Shown: one piece after another, positions 1 to 9,989 of the stretch
Layout of the letters: every line of letters begins with the position of its first letter
How positions within the stretch are numbered: the stretch's first letter is position 1
DNA from: Alphaproteobacteria bacterium
Lineage (GTDB): Bacteria > Pseudomonadota > Alphaproteobacteria > UBA828
Assembly: GCA_963667785.2 (NCBI GenBank)
Contig: CAXXMU010000001.1
Coordinates: 416,001-480,000 of the forward strand
Length of the DNA: 64,000 nt
Direction of reading: 5' to 3'
Notes under the pieces: generated by a model
What the model saw: only the letters and a program-made list of their open reading frames with translations
The model's database searches: none
Told to the model about the DNA's origin: nothing
Position numbers and translations under genes: made by a program

Positions 1-360
1 GGTCTGGGCCGGGGCGAGATCAGGCGCCGGGCGCGGGCGATGCTGGAGAAGGTCGGCATGGAGGACCGGCTCGGCCACAAACCGGACCAGCTCTCGGGCG
101 GGCAGAAACAGCGGGTGGCGATCGCCCGCGCGCTGGTGGGGGAACCTGCGGTCGTGCTCGCCGACGAACCGACGGGTGCGCTCGATTCGGACACCGCCAA
201 GGAGGTCATGCAGCTCCTGATCCGGCTCAACCGGGAGGAGCGCAACACGATCGTCATCATCACCCACGACCCCCTGATCGCCCGGCAGTGCACGCGCCAG
301 ACCCTGATCCGCGACGGCCTGCTGCTGGGAGGCCTGCGCCAGGCCGAAGCGGCGGAGTGA
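1..360 (+). CDS. ABC transporter ATP-binding protein (MacB/LolD-like), 5'-truncated by the window edge
   Basis: Signature LSGGQKQRVAIARAL, Walker B VVLADEPTGALD and H-loop IITHD are present; Walker A lies upstream of the window. Confidence 0.93.
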   Translation, partial: GLGRGEIRRRARAMLEKVGMEDRLGHKPDQLSGGQKQRVAIARALVGEPAVVLADEPTGALDSDTAKEVMQLLIRLNREERNTIVIITHDPLIARQCTRQTLIRDGLLLGGLRQAEAAE

Positions 361-366
361 GGCGCC

Positions 367-1578
367 ATGCGGAGCGTGCGCACGGACCTGGCGTCCACGC
401 TGCGAGAGGCGGTGCGCAGCCTCCTGGGCGCCAGGCTGCGCACGCTGCTGGGGCTGATCGGCATCATGATCGGCATCGCCTCGGTCATCACCATGATCTC
501 GATCGGGGAGATCGCGAAGTCCCAGTCGCGCAAGGATTTCGAGGCGCTGGGAACGGATATCGTCACCATCAAGCCGCCGGATCACCTGATCGGCCGTCCC
601 GGTCGCGCGACCATCGGGCTGGAGGACGCCCTCGCCTTGGCGGAAGTGCTGCCGTCCGTCTCCGAGGCGGCGCCCCGGATCGAGACGCAGGGCTCGTTCC
701 GCTACGCCGGCAAGCGTGTCGGCGGCGGCTCGGTGCAGGGGGTCTCCGCCTCCTTCGCGGACGTGAACAAGCTGCAGATGGCCGAGGGGCGCTTCGTCTC
801 GAACCTCGACCGGGGCCGCTACTTCGCGGTCGTCGGCGCGGACGTGGCGAACGCCATGCGCCGGCGCGGCGCCGGTACCCTGGTGGGCCAGACCATGGAG
901 GTCGGCGAGCGCCTCTATACGGTGATCGGCGCGCTGGAGTCTGCGCCGGAGACCTACGCGCTGCCGTTCTCGGTGGACGCGAACCGCTCGATATTCGTGC
1001 CCATCACCACCGTTCGCCGCACCGAGCCCGAAGCGCAGATCGAGCTGATCGTCGCCCGCGCGGCGCCGGGCGTGCACTACGCCGATGCCACGCGCGACGT
1101 GCGGGCCTACTTCCACGAGCGCGCCAGGGGGCTCGAGCTCGAGGTCGTCAGCGCCGAGCAGCTCATCGAGCAGATGGAATCGCAGCTCGGGCTGATGACC
1201 CTGCTGCTGGCCGCGGTCGGCTGCGTCAGCCTCCTCGTCGGCGGCATCGGGGTGATGAACATCATGCTGATCTCGGTGGCGGAGCGGCGCCGCGAGATCG
1301 GCGTCCGCCGCGCGCTCGGCGCGAACCGCGGCGATATCCAGCGCCAGTTCCTGATCGAGGCCCTCATCCTGACCCTCAGCGGCGGCATCGCCGGGGTGAT
1401 CGTCGGCACCGGCGCCGCCTACGGGATCGCCCACATCTACGCGTGGGAGTTCTTCATCTCCCCGGCCTCGATCGTCGTCGGCGTCGGCGTGTCCACGGCG
1501 GTCGGCATCTTCTTCGGCTTCCAGCCCGCCTACCAGGCCTCGCGCCTCGACCCCATCGTCGCCCTGCAGGGGGAATAG
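367..1578 (+). CDS. ABC transporter permease, MacB/FtsX family
   Basis: N-terminal RTLLGLIGIMIGIASV TM, periplasmic domain, then VGGIGVMNIMLISVAERRREIGVRRALGA and PAYQASRLDPIVAL. Confidence 0.95.
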   Translation: MRSVRTDLASTLREAVRSLLGARLRTLLGLIGIMIGIASVITMISIGEIAKSQSRKDFEALGTDIVTIKPPDHLIGRPGRATIGLEDALALAEVLPSVSEAAPRIETQGSFRYAGKRVGGGSVQGVSASFADVNKLQMAEGRFVSNLDRGRYFAVVGADVANAMRRRGAGTLVGQTMEVGERLYTVIGALESAPETYALPFSVDANRSIFVPITTVRRTEPEAQIELIVARAAPGVHYADATRDVRAYFHERARGLELEVVSAEQLIEQMESQLGLMTLLLAAVGCVSLLVGGIGVMNIMLISVAERRREIGVRRALGANRGDIQRQFLIEALILTLSGGIAGVIVGTGAAYGIAHIYAWEFFISPASIVVGVGVSTAVGIFFGFQPAYQASRLDPIVALQGE

Positions 1579-1602
1579 CGTGGCCGCACGCAACGAGGGG
1601 CG

Positions 1603-3192
1603 GTGACGCAGCCGGCTGCCCGCGCGGGCGACGCCATGACGGGCGCGCTCGGCCGCGTCCGCACCCTCGCCGCCCGGCCGGTCTGCGGCCAGTCGCTCGC
1701 CGTCTTCCGCATCGCCTTCGGCCTGCTGATGCTCAACGACGTCGTCCACCTGTTGAGGTACGACTGGCTCACGGGCTTCTACATCGACCGCGCCATCCTG
1801 TTTCCCTACTACGGGCTGGAGGTGCCGGCGCTGCCGGCGCCCTGGCTGCACCTGCTGTGGGGCCTCTGCGGGCTCTGCTGCGTGCTCACGGCGCTCGGCG
1901 CCTTCTACCGGATCGCGATCTGGGGCTTCAACGCGATCTTCATCTACTTCTTCCTGCTCGATCAGCTTCTCTACCTCAACCACTTCTACATGATCGCGCT
2001 CTTCGGGCTGCTGCTGGGCTGCACCGACGCGCATCGCTGCTGGTCGTTGGACCGCCGCCTCGGGCGCATCGGGGGTACAACGAGGGTGCCGCTCTGGAAC
2101 CTGCTCATCCTGCAGTTCCAGGTCGAGGTGATCCTCGTCTTCGCCGGCCTCGTGAAGATCGAGATCGACTGGCTGCGGGGCGAGCCGCTCAGGACCTGGA
2201 TGCTGGAGCGCCCCTGGTCGCCGCTCTCGACCCTCTTCGAGGTGCACTGGATCACGCTCGCGGCTCCCGTTCTGATCATCCTGCTCCACACCGTGGGCGC
2301 GCCGCTGCTGCTCTGGTCGAAGACCCGGCTCTGGGTGTTCCTGCTCTATTGCGCCTTCCACGTGACCAATGCCCACCTCTTCAACATCGGCGTCTTCCCG
2401 TGGATGACCGTCGCGGCCACGACGATCCTGTTCTCGCCCGCGTGGCCCACGATCCTCGTCGGGCGGATCGGCGCCGCCCTGACATGGCTGCGGCTGCCAC
2501 GGCCGCCCGTGCCGGCGTGGATCGGCCATGCGGCACGCATCGTCGGTGGCGGGCCGGCGGCGCGCGGGGGAGAGCGCGCCGCGTTCCGGCCCCTTCACCC
2601 GGCGGCGCTGGCCGCGCTCGTCCTCTACGCCCTGGTCCAGATCTGGCTGCCGGTCCGCGACACCCTCTTCGAGGGATACGTAGGATGGACCGAAGAGGGC
2701 CAGAAGTTCTCGTGGCGCATGATGCTCTACGTCCACGGCGCAGACGGTCGCCTCATCGCGGTCACGCCGGAGGACGAGGCCTGGGTCATCGACATGCAGG
2801 CGCACCTCGACCCCCTGCAGACCTGGATGGTGTTCGCCAAGCCCGAGATGCTGCTGCACTTCGTCCACATGATGAAGGCGCACTACGCGGAGACCGGCGT
2901 CGGCGATGTGAGAATCTACGCCGACGTCGTCAAGAACGTGAACGGCCAGCCCTATCGGCGACTGATCGACCCCGACGTGGACCTCGCCGCCGTCGACGGG
3001 ATCAACTGGTTCGGCGAGGACCCCTGGGTGCTCCGCCCCGCCCGGATGCAGGCCGCCGAAGGTTTGGCCCCCGACTGGTATCCGCCGATTACCGCCACCC
3101 GCCTCGGCGCCATGCTGGACGCGCTCGGCGCACCGGACCCTGCCGCCGAGGCCGAGGCCGAGGCCGCCCCCGCGCGCGCGGTGAAAGAGTAA
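1603..3192 (+). CDS. HTTM domain / vitamin K-dependent gamma-carboxylase-like membrane protein
   Basis: SLAVFRIAFGLL, YLNHFY, FAGLVK..DWLRGEP, FH..N..LFNIGVFPW, KFSWRMML and NGQPYRRLIDPDVDLA motifs. Confidence 0.9.
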   Translation: MTQPAARAGDAMTGALGRVRTLAARPVCGQSLAVFRIAFGLLMLNDVVHLLRYDWLTGFYIDRAILFPYYGLEVPALPAPWLHLLWGLCGLCCVLTALGAFYRIAIWGFNAIFIYFFLLDQLLYLNHFYMIALFGLLLGCTDAHRCWSLDRRLGRIGGTTRVPLWNLLILQFQVEVILVFAGLVKIEIDWLRGEPLRTWMLERPWSPLSTLFEVHWITLAAPVLIILLHTVGAPLLLWSKTRLWVFLLYCAFHVTNAHLFNIGVFPWMTVAATTILFSPAWPTILVGRIGAALTWLRLPRPPVPAWIGHAARIVGGGPAARGGERAAFRPLHPAALAALVLYALVQIWLPVRDTLFEGYVGWTEEGQKFSWRMMLYVHGADGRLIAVTPEDEAWVIDMQAHLDPLQTWMVFAKPEMLLHFVHMMKAHYAETGVGDVRIYADVVKNVNGQPYRRLIDPDVDLAAVDGINWFGEDPWVLRPARMQAAEGLAPDWYPPITATRLGAMLDALGAPDPAAEAEAEAAPARAVKE

Positions 3193-3198
3193 CGCGGG

Positions 3199-3645
3199 TC
3201 AGTTCCGAAACCGGGCCACGCCCTTCGCCAGCAGCGCTGCGCGCCGCAGCCGGCGCAGCCAGGGATAGACCGCACGCACCCGCGCGGGGCTCGACGCGAA
3301 CCAGCGCGCGAACGCGTTGAAGCGGCCGAGGCCAGCGCTCATCGCCTTGAGCGCGACCATCGCCGCGGCCCCGTGATAGCGCCGGCCGTCGAGTGCCAGG
3401 ATCATGCCCTGTTCGAGATCGAAGCCTTCGCGTCGCAGCCGGGCGACGAGGTCGGGCGCTTCCCTGCCGTCGATCAGGCGCAGGGGCTTGCCGATGCGGG
3501 CCTCGAACTGCGATTTCGCGACGTAGTAGCTGCAGAACGGGCATTCGCCGTCATAGAGCAGGAAGGGGTCCGGCGGGGAAGCAGTGGCGGTTTCGCCCGT
3601 TTCAGCCATGCGTCGGGTCACTCCGGCTTCAGCTCCCCATGTCAA
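3199..3645 (-). CDS. DCC1-like thiol-disulfide oxidoreductase family protein (DUF393)
   Basis: LLYDGECPFC (DxxCxxC) motif near the N-terminus. Confidence 0.88.
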   Translation of the reverse strand: MTWGAEAGVTRRMAETGETATASPPDPFLLYDGECPFCSYYVAKSQFEARIGKPLRLIDGREAPDLVARLRREGFDLEQGMILALDGRRYHGAAAMVALKAMSAGLGRFNAFARWFASSPARVRAVYPWLRRLRRAALLAKGVARFRN

Positions 3646-3935
3646 CCGAGAAACATTGGGTCAACCGCGCGTCGAGATCAATAGCCCGCCCTCAGCCAGG
3701 CAAGACCCCAATTGCACATGCAGTCGCAGTTTCCCATGAGACGCTGCAGTTGCAGTCTTTGCCGCCTGACAATGACTTGTCGCGCCCAAGCGCCCGCCCG
3801 CGGCGACGCGGGCCTAACCCCAATACTGTTCACTTAGGGCTATAGTCGCGGGCCTGTGAACGCAGCAGGGGTCAGGCGGATGTCACGGGCTGTTGGGATA
3901 TCAATCGGCATTGAAGAAGGCTCAATTCGCAAAAC

Positions 3936-4266
3936 GTAGGCATAGTCTGGTCATCGCCGCTTTCTTGGTAGACGCTTGGCTGATGTCGATTGCCGAGGAG
4001 AATCCGGGCGCTGCGAGCGTTGGTCAGGTCCGTCGCCGCCGGCGGCGACGGTGGAGCGATGCGCTGAAGCGTCAGATGGAGGCGGAGACCCAGGAGCCCG
4101 GGGTCTCTATGCCGATGGTAGCGCAGCGCTACAACCTCAACGCCAACCAGATTTTCAGATGGCGGCGTCTGCTTCGCGAGCCTGAGCGCGCCGGTCCCAC
4201 CGGCCGGTTCGCGCCGGTGGTGGTTGAGGCAGCACCAGGCCAGGAGCCGGACGCGGCGCCGCCCTG
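3936..4266 (+). mobile_element. tnpA: IS66-family remnant (left end plus truncated TnpA/Orf1)
   Basis: RRRRWSDALKRQMEAETQEPGVS...VAQRYNLNANQIFRWRR HTH; no tnpB or tnpC follows; boundaries approximate. Confidence 0.75.
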
Positions 4267-5226
4267 TCATGCGCCAATCCCGTTGTCAGCGAGGAAGCCG
4301 CTGAACAGAGCGAAGCAGCGTTCCGGCTCCTCAAGCTGCAGGAGATGGCTTGTCTCGGGCACGACGGCGTAGTCGATGCCGAACGTCTCGCAGAACAGCT
4401 TGCAGCAGGGCGCGGTCTTCGGCGCGTCCTCGGGCCTCGGGTCGGAGCCGACGATCAGAAGCGGGCGCGACGGCGGGGCCGGCTTCCGCCAGATCGGCAG
4501 CTCGGCGACCTCGACATAGAGACCGGCCTCGACCGGGCCGGGGCAACAGAGCAGCCACTCGCCGCTCGCGGGATCGAAGCGCAGCACCGAGCGCGCGTTG
4601 AGTTCCGCCACCCCTTTCCGCAGGCGGCGGAAGCGGTGCAGGTGACGAAACACGTCGGCTAGTCCGCCGGGGTCCGGGAACCGGTTCTGGCGGATCAGGG
4701 CGGCATCGCGCAGCACCTCGCCCTCGGTCATCAGCGGGCCGCGCAGCGGATTGCCTTCCGGCGGGACCACCGGCGGGTCGAACAGCACCAGCGCATCCCA
4801 GTGCCAGACGCCGTCGACAACCGCGAGCAGCGCCGCGATCGCCGACATGGAGTGGAAAACACCGATCGTGGTCTTCCCGCCCCATTCCTTCGCGATCGCG
4901 CCATGCACCGCCGCGTTGTCGCGCGCGAAGCGCGGATAGTCATGCGGCTGGGCTGCGTGGAACGGGTTGCGCCCGCAGTTGCGGATATCGAAGAGGGCGA
5001 GGTCGAACCGCTCCAGCATCAGCCGCCAGAATGGGAAGTAGGAATCGCTGGCGAAGCCGTTGCCGTGGCTCAGCACCACGCGCGGTCCGCCCGGGTTGCC
5101 GTGGCGCACGACGCGTATCGGCGCGCCGTCGTCCATCGCGAGATCGAGGGTTGCCGAGGGCTCGGGCAGGGCGAACTCGAGCGTTTCCCGGCGGTCCTCC
5201 ACGTCGGAACGTGACTGATCGGTCAA
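4267..5226 (-). CDS. Alpha/beta hydrolase
   Basis: HGNGF oxyanion motif, GVFHSMSA nucleophile elbow, C-terminal SHLLQLEEP. Confidence 0.88.
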   Translation of the reverse strand: MTDQSRSDVEDRRETLEFALPEPSATLDLAMDDGAPIRVVRHGNPGGPRVVLSHGNGFASDSYFPFWRLMLERFDLALFDIRNCGRNPFHAAQPHDYPRFARDNAAVHGAIAKEWGGKTTIGVFHSMSAIAALLAVVDGVWHWDALVLFDPPVVPPEGNPLRGPLMTEGEVLRDAALIRQNRFPDPGGLADVFRHLHRFRRLRKGVAELNARSVLRFDPASGEWLLCCPGPVEAGLYVEVAELPIWRKPAPPSRPLLIVGSDPRPEDAPKTAPCCKLFCETFGIDYAVVPETSHLLQLEEPERCFALFSGFLADNGIGA

Positions 5227-5711
5227 CTGTTGGTGACTCCCGCAACAGCGATCCCGGCGATACGCTCACGGATCATCGACAGACTCCTCAAACTCAGGGT
5301 GGTCTCTACAGATACGCCTCGGGAGCGTCCGCTCCCCCGGTCGCTCACCCTGCCAGAGTTCCCGCGATTGAAACAGGCGGCCTCCGCCGGACGAATATAA
5401 CGGAGCGCGGCCTTCACCGGATGCTCACCAATCCGTCGCCATAGAGGCACAGATGGTCGGACGCGGCGCCCGCGGGGGCCTTGCGACGATACATGGGGTG
5501 GTTGAATCAGTAGCGGGACACCGCGATGATGCCGGCCGAGGCCCGGGCGGATACTAGTGGCGACAATCCTCGTGGCAGCGGCATGGCGGCCGCGCACGCG
5601 GATCTCACTCACCCGTCGACGGCATCCACCGCCGCACCTGGGAGCGCATCCAGCCGTCGGAACTCCACTCCAGCGCAACACTCGCGTCGCGGCGCACGTC
5701 AAAAGCGTGCA

Positions 5712-6353
5712 TCAATCCGGCGCGACCGTGTCGCCCGTGTAGAAGGCCGCCGTACGCTGCGCCGCTGCGCACGCAACGTCGGGGTCCGTTCCCGCCGCCT
5801 CGGCCGCCCGGCCCCACGCCGCGCTGCTTCCGAGGATGAGCGCCTTTCCGTCACGAGTCGTGTGGAACGTCGCCGCGTCCAGCTTGGGTTCGTTCGGCCG
5901 TGCAAGATGCAGTTCCATCCCCAGCAAGCCCATCTCCCAGCCGACGCCGACAGCGCCGGGACCGAACGTGTGCCAGTGGTCCGACACCAGCGCGGTATGC
6001 GTAATCGCAAGGCGCGCGCGGCCGGTACCATCGTTGCACAGACGCGCCTCCACCCAGCTCACGTTACCGCCGAACTCCCACGTCAGCCCGAGATAGGAGG
6101 GAGGCTCGCAGTGCCTGATCGTGCCGCCTGCGTGTCCCTCCAGCTGGTAGCGACCGCCGAGTTCGAGGCGGCCGCTGGCCGGCAGGAACCAGCGTGGGAT
6201 TCGTTCCGCGCTCGTCACGGCGTCCCAGAGGTCCTCCACCGTCGTCGCGTAGCTGCGCGCGAGGGTGACGGAGCGCGCGGCCTGTCCGTCGCGCTCCAGG
6301 GACGACACTGTGCGCTCCACGGCGCCGAGGAGGCGTTCGACATCCAGGTCCAT
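5712..6353 (-). CDS. SRPBCC/AHSA1-family protein
   Basis: DLWDAVT..ERIPRWF, GGRYQLEG, CEPP..L.LTWE and C-terminal helix GWEMGL. Confidence 0.88.
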   Translation of the reverse strand: MDLDVERLLGAVERTVSSLERDGQAARSVTLARSYATTVEDLWDAVTSAERIPRWFLPASGRLELGGRYQLEGHAGGTIRHCEPPSYLGLTWEFGGNVSWVEARLCNDGTGRARLAITHTALVSDHWHTFGPGAVGVGWEMGLLGMELHLARPNEPKLDAATFHTTRDGKALILGSSAAWGRAAEAAGTDPDVACAAAQRTAAFYTGDTVAPD

Positions 6354-6459
6354 GGCTGCTCCGTTTCGTCAGGCAGGCGATCATCCAAGTACATGCCGCT
6401 GCGTACAGCAAATCGAGCCGCGTGGACGATGGCTCGGACCGCCCACAAGGTCGCAGACC

Positions 6460-7047
6460 CTCCGAAAACAGCCTCATGTCGTCCGTAGGAGCGAGCTCGC
6501 GCTGCTGCCACGCGACGTAGAGCCAGTCGTGAACGATGGAGGCTTCCAGGTACCGCCCGACACGGCCCACATACCAGCGGAATACCGGGGGCACGGAAGC
6601 AAGGTCGGTCACCGTTCCCCGCGGCACCTCAATGACGTGAACCGTCGTTCCACCCAGTTCAGCGTGTACGACATATTTCTTGGCGACAAGGTATTGCTCT
6701 TCCGGACCGAAAGGCGGGTCGCGCTCCTTCAGTCGCGCGAGGCACAAGTCGGTCTTGAACCAGAAACCGGTAATGCACTTCCAGCCGGGAGCGGGATAAG
6801 GGGAACCGGAAGGCGTGCATGCCTTATCGCAGGCGCGGGGCTTCGTTCGCTGTTTCCAGACCACCCACCAACGGCAGGCGAGGAGAGCAAGCGCGGAGAG
6901 AACGATGACGACGGCTGCGATCCAGTCTCCCGCCTCCAGGATCGTCCGATACCATTCCAGAATCAGGTCGTAACCCCAGATGGCCAGCAACCCGATGACG
7001 CTGATCGCCACGACGATCGCGGAATAGGCCAAGGCTTTAGGGATCAT
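6460..7047 (-). pseudogene. DUF1353 domain membrane protein, apparently 3'-truncated
   Basis: Two N-terminal TMs, then VPRGTVTDLASVP...ASIVHDWLY; after about 6460 the ORF runs out of frame across the SRPBCC gene; truncation point approximate. Confidence 0.65.
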
Positions 7048-7337
7048 ACTGCAGTTCCCCTTTGTCTTTGGGGATTATAGACAATAGTCCCAATTGGCGG
7101 GCTCAAGGGTGCCGCATTCTGCTGGTGGCCCATTCCTCAATCTGAGCCAGAGACATTCCCGCTTCTCGTTCAATCCGTCGCGTGTAGCTGATCGAGGTCG
7201 CTTCTACTGTGGGCGTTCAGAAGCCCTCGTGTTCCTTCCCCTGCAACAACCGGGCGGCGTTGTAGAAGTTCCAGTAACTGCGGTGGCTAGCTACCTTGAT
7301 GTCATTGGCTGTTCTCAGATCGGGCATTGCTTCGACA

Positions 7338-7514
7338 TCAGGCGTCTGGGTCCTCAACGAGTTTGACCGGCCCGAGCGAGCGGGCCAGTTCCTCGGGAGA
7401 GACAGCGCTGCCATCTGCCTTGCAGATCACAACGGGTTCCTCCATGTCGGCCTTCGTCGGGCGGTAGCTCATCGGCTTCACGCGCACCTCGCGTGGCTCC
7501 TGTTTGTCGCTCAT
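7338..7514 (-). CDS. Small 58-aa protein (not in the ORF track), IS1595 accessory candidate
   Basis: MSDKQEPREVRVKPMSYRPTKADMEEPVVICKADGSAVSPEELARSLGPVKLVEDPDA; start overlaps the REase stop (ATGA). Confidence 0.65.
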   Translation of the reverse strand: MSDKQEPREVRVKPMSYRPTKADMEEPVVICKADGSAVSPEELARSLGPVKLVEDPDA

Positions 7515-8053
7515 TGGCCCCTTCCTCCAAGATTGGTGATCGCCTTGGGAATGGGATGACCCACTCCGTCATGACGAAACGCTATGATCTGTACCGCCAT
7601 GTCCAAAGCGCGACTCTCGACATGCTTGATCGCAGTCCGCAGATTCGGTGTTCGGTCGGTGAGAAACCGAGATAGCGTGTCGTCCGGCACCACGATCACG
7701 CCAGCATCCAATTGCCCGGATGACAGATCACTCCGCAAATGAAGCACGTCGACTGCCAAGAGGTCGCTACGACCGGACACTTGAACCTCCACCCCTAGCG
7801 TACTTTGGCGCTGATTTCCCTTGCTCCAGTCGACGCCACCCGAGGTGATCTTCTTCCAGCCGCCAATCGAAGCGAAGGCTTCGTCTATCTTCTCTCGTAT
7901 CCACTTGGTTCCGTTTGCGTGCCTGGTTTCCTCAATGTGCAGAGAGAACCCCGTCACGGCACTTTCTATCTCCGCCAAGAGGGGCTGCAGCCCTAAGCGC
8001 TGCACCTTCTTGTCAAAGCCGTTGTAGCTGCGACGATCCGTAATCCGCGGCAA
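7511..8053 (-). CDS. BglII/BstYI-like type II restriction endonuclease
   Basis: VDWSK...LGVEVQVS (D...ExQ catalytic pattern); lies 2 bp after the methyltransferase. Confidence 0.72.
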   Translation of the reverse strand: MPRITDRRSYNGFDKKVQRLGLQPLLAEIESAVTGFSLHIEETRHANGTKWIREKIDEAFASIGGWKKITSGGVDWSKGNQRQSTLGVEVQVSGRSDLLAVDVLHLRSDLSSGQLDAGVIVVPDDTLSRFLTDRTPNLRTAIKHVESRALDMAVQIIAFRHDGVGHPIPKAITNLGGRGQ

Positions 8054-8055
8054 GG

Positions 8056-8940
8056 CTAGTGACCACCGTTAGGCAGTGACGGATCGTAGATCGGTTTGCC
8101 CATCGGGCGGGTGCGCAACTCGCCAGTGCGCAGCGCCTCAATCCGGTCAATAGCAATGTCGATGTACTTCTTCACCGTGTCACAGCCGTAGGCGACGCGT
8201 CCGTGCTTGAGGGCCGCTATGGCGCTCGATCCGACGCCTAGGTAGGGATCGAGCACCGCATCGCCCGCATCGGTCATCGACAGCACCAAGCGCTCAACTA
8301 GCTCCACCGGATACTGGCAGGGGTGTTCCGTCTTCTCAGGATGATTGCTCTTGACGTTCGGGAACGCCCACACGTCGGATGGGTTCTTGCCCTTCGGGTT
8401 GCACGAAAGCTGGCCCGCCTTCGGCCCCTTGAAGTAGCGCTTGTTCGGGTACTTCGGTGGGACGCGAATTGGATCGAGATTCCACGTGTAGTCGTCACCC
8501 TTGGTCCACCAGTTGATCGTCTCGTAACGGCCCGACAGGCGATGCGTGCAGTGCAGGCCGTGCCCGAAGTGCCAGATGATCCGATTGCGGAGCTTGAGCC
8601 CGTGAGCGGCGAAGAGAGGATAGAGCAACGTGTCGAGCGGGATGATCTCTCCGTTCTCGACATAGTTGCCCACTTGCCAGCAGATCGAGCCGCCGTCTTC
8701 CAGCAACCGCACGCACTGAGCGATCACGCGTTGCTGGTCCGCCAAGTAGGCGTCCAACGAGCGTCGATCATTCCCGTAGGACTTTCCGAGGTTGTAGGGA
8801 GGCGAGGTGACGATCAGCTTGAAACTGCCATCGTCCAGCCGAGCCATGAAGTCGAGATTGTCGCGGCACTCAATGATGAAATCGGGGAGACACGGATCAT
8901 CCGCGAGTGCGAGCGCGACCTGAGCGCCCATCGGAGACAA
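8056..8940 (-). CDS. Site-specific DNA methyltransferase, beta class (N4-C/N6-A)
   Basis: TSPPYN motif IV precedes HPCQYP and VLDPYLGVGS motif I. Confidence 0.93.
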   Translation of the reverse strand: MSPMGAQVALALADDPCLPDFIIECRDNLDFMARLDDGSFKLIVTSPPYNLGKSYGNDRRSLDAYLADQQRVIAQCVRLLEDGGSICWQVGNYVENGEIIPLDTLLYPLFAAHGLKLRNRIIWHFGHGLHCTHRLSGRYETINWWTKGDDYTWNLDPIRVPPKYPNKRYFKGPKAGQLSCNPKGKNPSDVWAFPNVKSNHPEKTEHPCQYPVELVERLVLSMTDAGDAVLDPYLGVGSSAIAALKHGRVAYGCDTVKKYIDIAIDRIEALRTGELRTRPMGKPIYDPSLPNGGH

Positions 8941-8943
8941 CCC

Positions 8944-9891
8944 CTACCGGATCAAGTCGCGATACCGCAGGCGCTTCCCTACCATTTCCTTGGCGAGGTG
9001 CCCCATCTGATCCGCGGTGTCTCTCTCCCGAATGTTGTGCCGGCCTGCGAACTCCGACACATAGCGGTCCAAGTGCTTTTCGCTGAAGTGATGGAAGGTG
9101 CCCTGATACCCCCGCTTCAGCATTGCCCAAAACGACTCGATCCCCTGCGTATGCGCCATGCCCCGGACGTACTCGCCGGCGCTGTGGTTCACCGCCTCGT
9201 GATCGAAGTCCATGCCCTCGTAACCGCCGTGGTCGTCGGTGTAGACTGTAGCCCCCGGCGCGGTGTGCGCCGCGATGAAGCCCTTGAGCGTCGCACCGTC
9301 GGTGCTCTCGATGGAGCGCGCCGCGATCCGGTTGGTGTCCCGGTCTTTCGTGCCCATCACGATGGCCTTCCCGACCGCTCCCCGGCCCGTCAGCGCGGCA
9401 CGCTTCGACCGGGACATATTCTTGCGCTTGCCGCCGATGTACGTCTCATCGGCTTCCACGGGGCCGGAGAACTGCGGGTTGCCATCGTCCTCGAATGCCT
9501 TGCGCAGACGATGCGCCAAGTGCCACGCCGACTTGTAGGAAATCTCCAGGTCGCGCTGGAGCTTCATCGCCGCGACGCCCTTCAGATTGGTCGTCACCTG
9601 ATAGATGGCGATGGCCCAAGTCTGGTAGCCGAGGTTCGACCCCTGCATCACTGTCCCGGTCTTCAGGGAGAACTGCGGCCGGTTCGGGCAATCCCGGCAA
9701 CGGTGCGTCATCGTGTTGTGCTTGGCGCCGCACTGGACGTTGGTCGAGCCGCAGTGCGGGCAGTGAGGGCCGTCCGGCCAGATGTGCTTCTCCAGCCACT
9801 TCCGCGCCGCGTCGTCATCGGGGAACATCCGCATCAGCTTGGTGAGGCTGATGCCCTCGCGGTGGCTCTTTCCCAGCGCCTTCTTGGTCAT
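8944..9891 (-). CDS. IS1595-family transposase
   Basis: CPHCGS...CRDC zinc ribbon, VEADETYIGG, VYTDD, HTQGIESFWAMLKRG. Confidence 0.96.
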   Translation of the reverse strand: MTKKALGKSHREGISLTKLMRMFPDDDAARKWLEKHIWPDGPHCPHCGSTNVQCGAKHNTMTHRCRDCPNRPQFSLKTGTVMQGSNLGYQTWAIAIYQVTTNLKGVAAMKLQRDLEISYKSAWHLAHRLRKAFEDDGNPQFSGPVEADETYIGGKRKNMSRSKRAALTGRGAVGKAIVMGTKDRDTNRIAARSIESTDGATLKGFIAAHTAPGATVYTDDHGGYEGMDFDHEAVNHSAGEYVRGMAHTQGIESFWAMLKRGYQGTFHHFSEKHLDRYVSEFAGRHNIRERDTADQMGHLAKEMVGKRLRYRDLIR

Positions 9892-9915
9892 GGTCGCGCC
9901 CCCTCAATTGGGACT

Positions 9916-9944
9916 ATTGTGCATCGGAGTCGCGATCAGGTCAA
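9916..9944 (-). promoter_or_regulatory. Sigma70-like transposase promoter overlapping an internal IR copy
   Basis: TTGACC-17bp-CACAAT; the -10 overlaps a second copy of ACAATAGTCCCAATT (9906-9920). Confidence 0.6.
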
Positions 9945-9989
9945 GCGAAAATTGGGACTATTGTCTATAATCCCCTTTCGATGACCGCA

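Larger units (their letters stand above)
7070..9975 (-). mobile_element. IS1595-family element E1 carrying passenger genes (R-M pair)
   Basis: Perfect 26-bp terminal inverted repeats GGGGATTATAGACAATAGTCCCAATT (7070-7095, 9950-9975) enclose the transposase, MTase and REase; no clear target duplication. Confidence 0.93.

Noticed and set aside
288-3320. 1010-aa ORF overlapping the permease and HTTM genes
   Set aside because: Arg/Pro/Gly-rich off-frame shadow typical of high-GC DNA; the real genes occupy another frame
3821-3840. CAATACTGTTCACTTAGGG resembling an IS4-type terminal repeat
   Set aside because: No partner end or transposase found; the resemblance is from memory only
8323-9984. 553-aa antisense ORF over the MTase and transposase, and similar long antisense ORFs elsewhere
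   Set aside because: Mirror frames of well-supported genes, with no motifs of their own
7061-9984. Target-site duplication around E1
   Set aside because: Flanks (TTGTCTTT and TTTCGATG) share only TTT, too little to call
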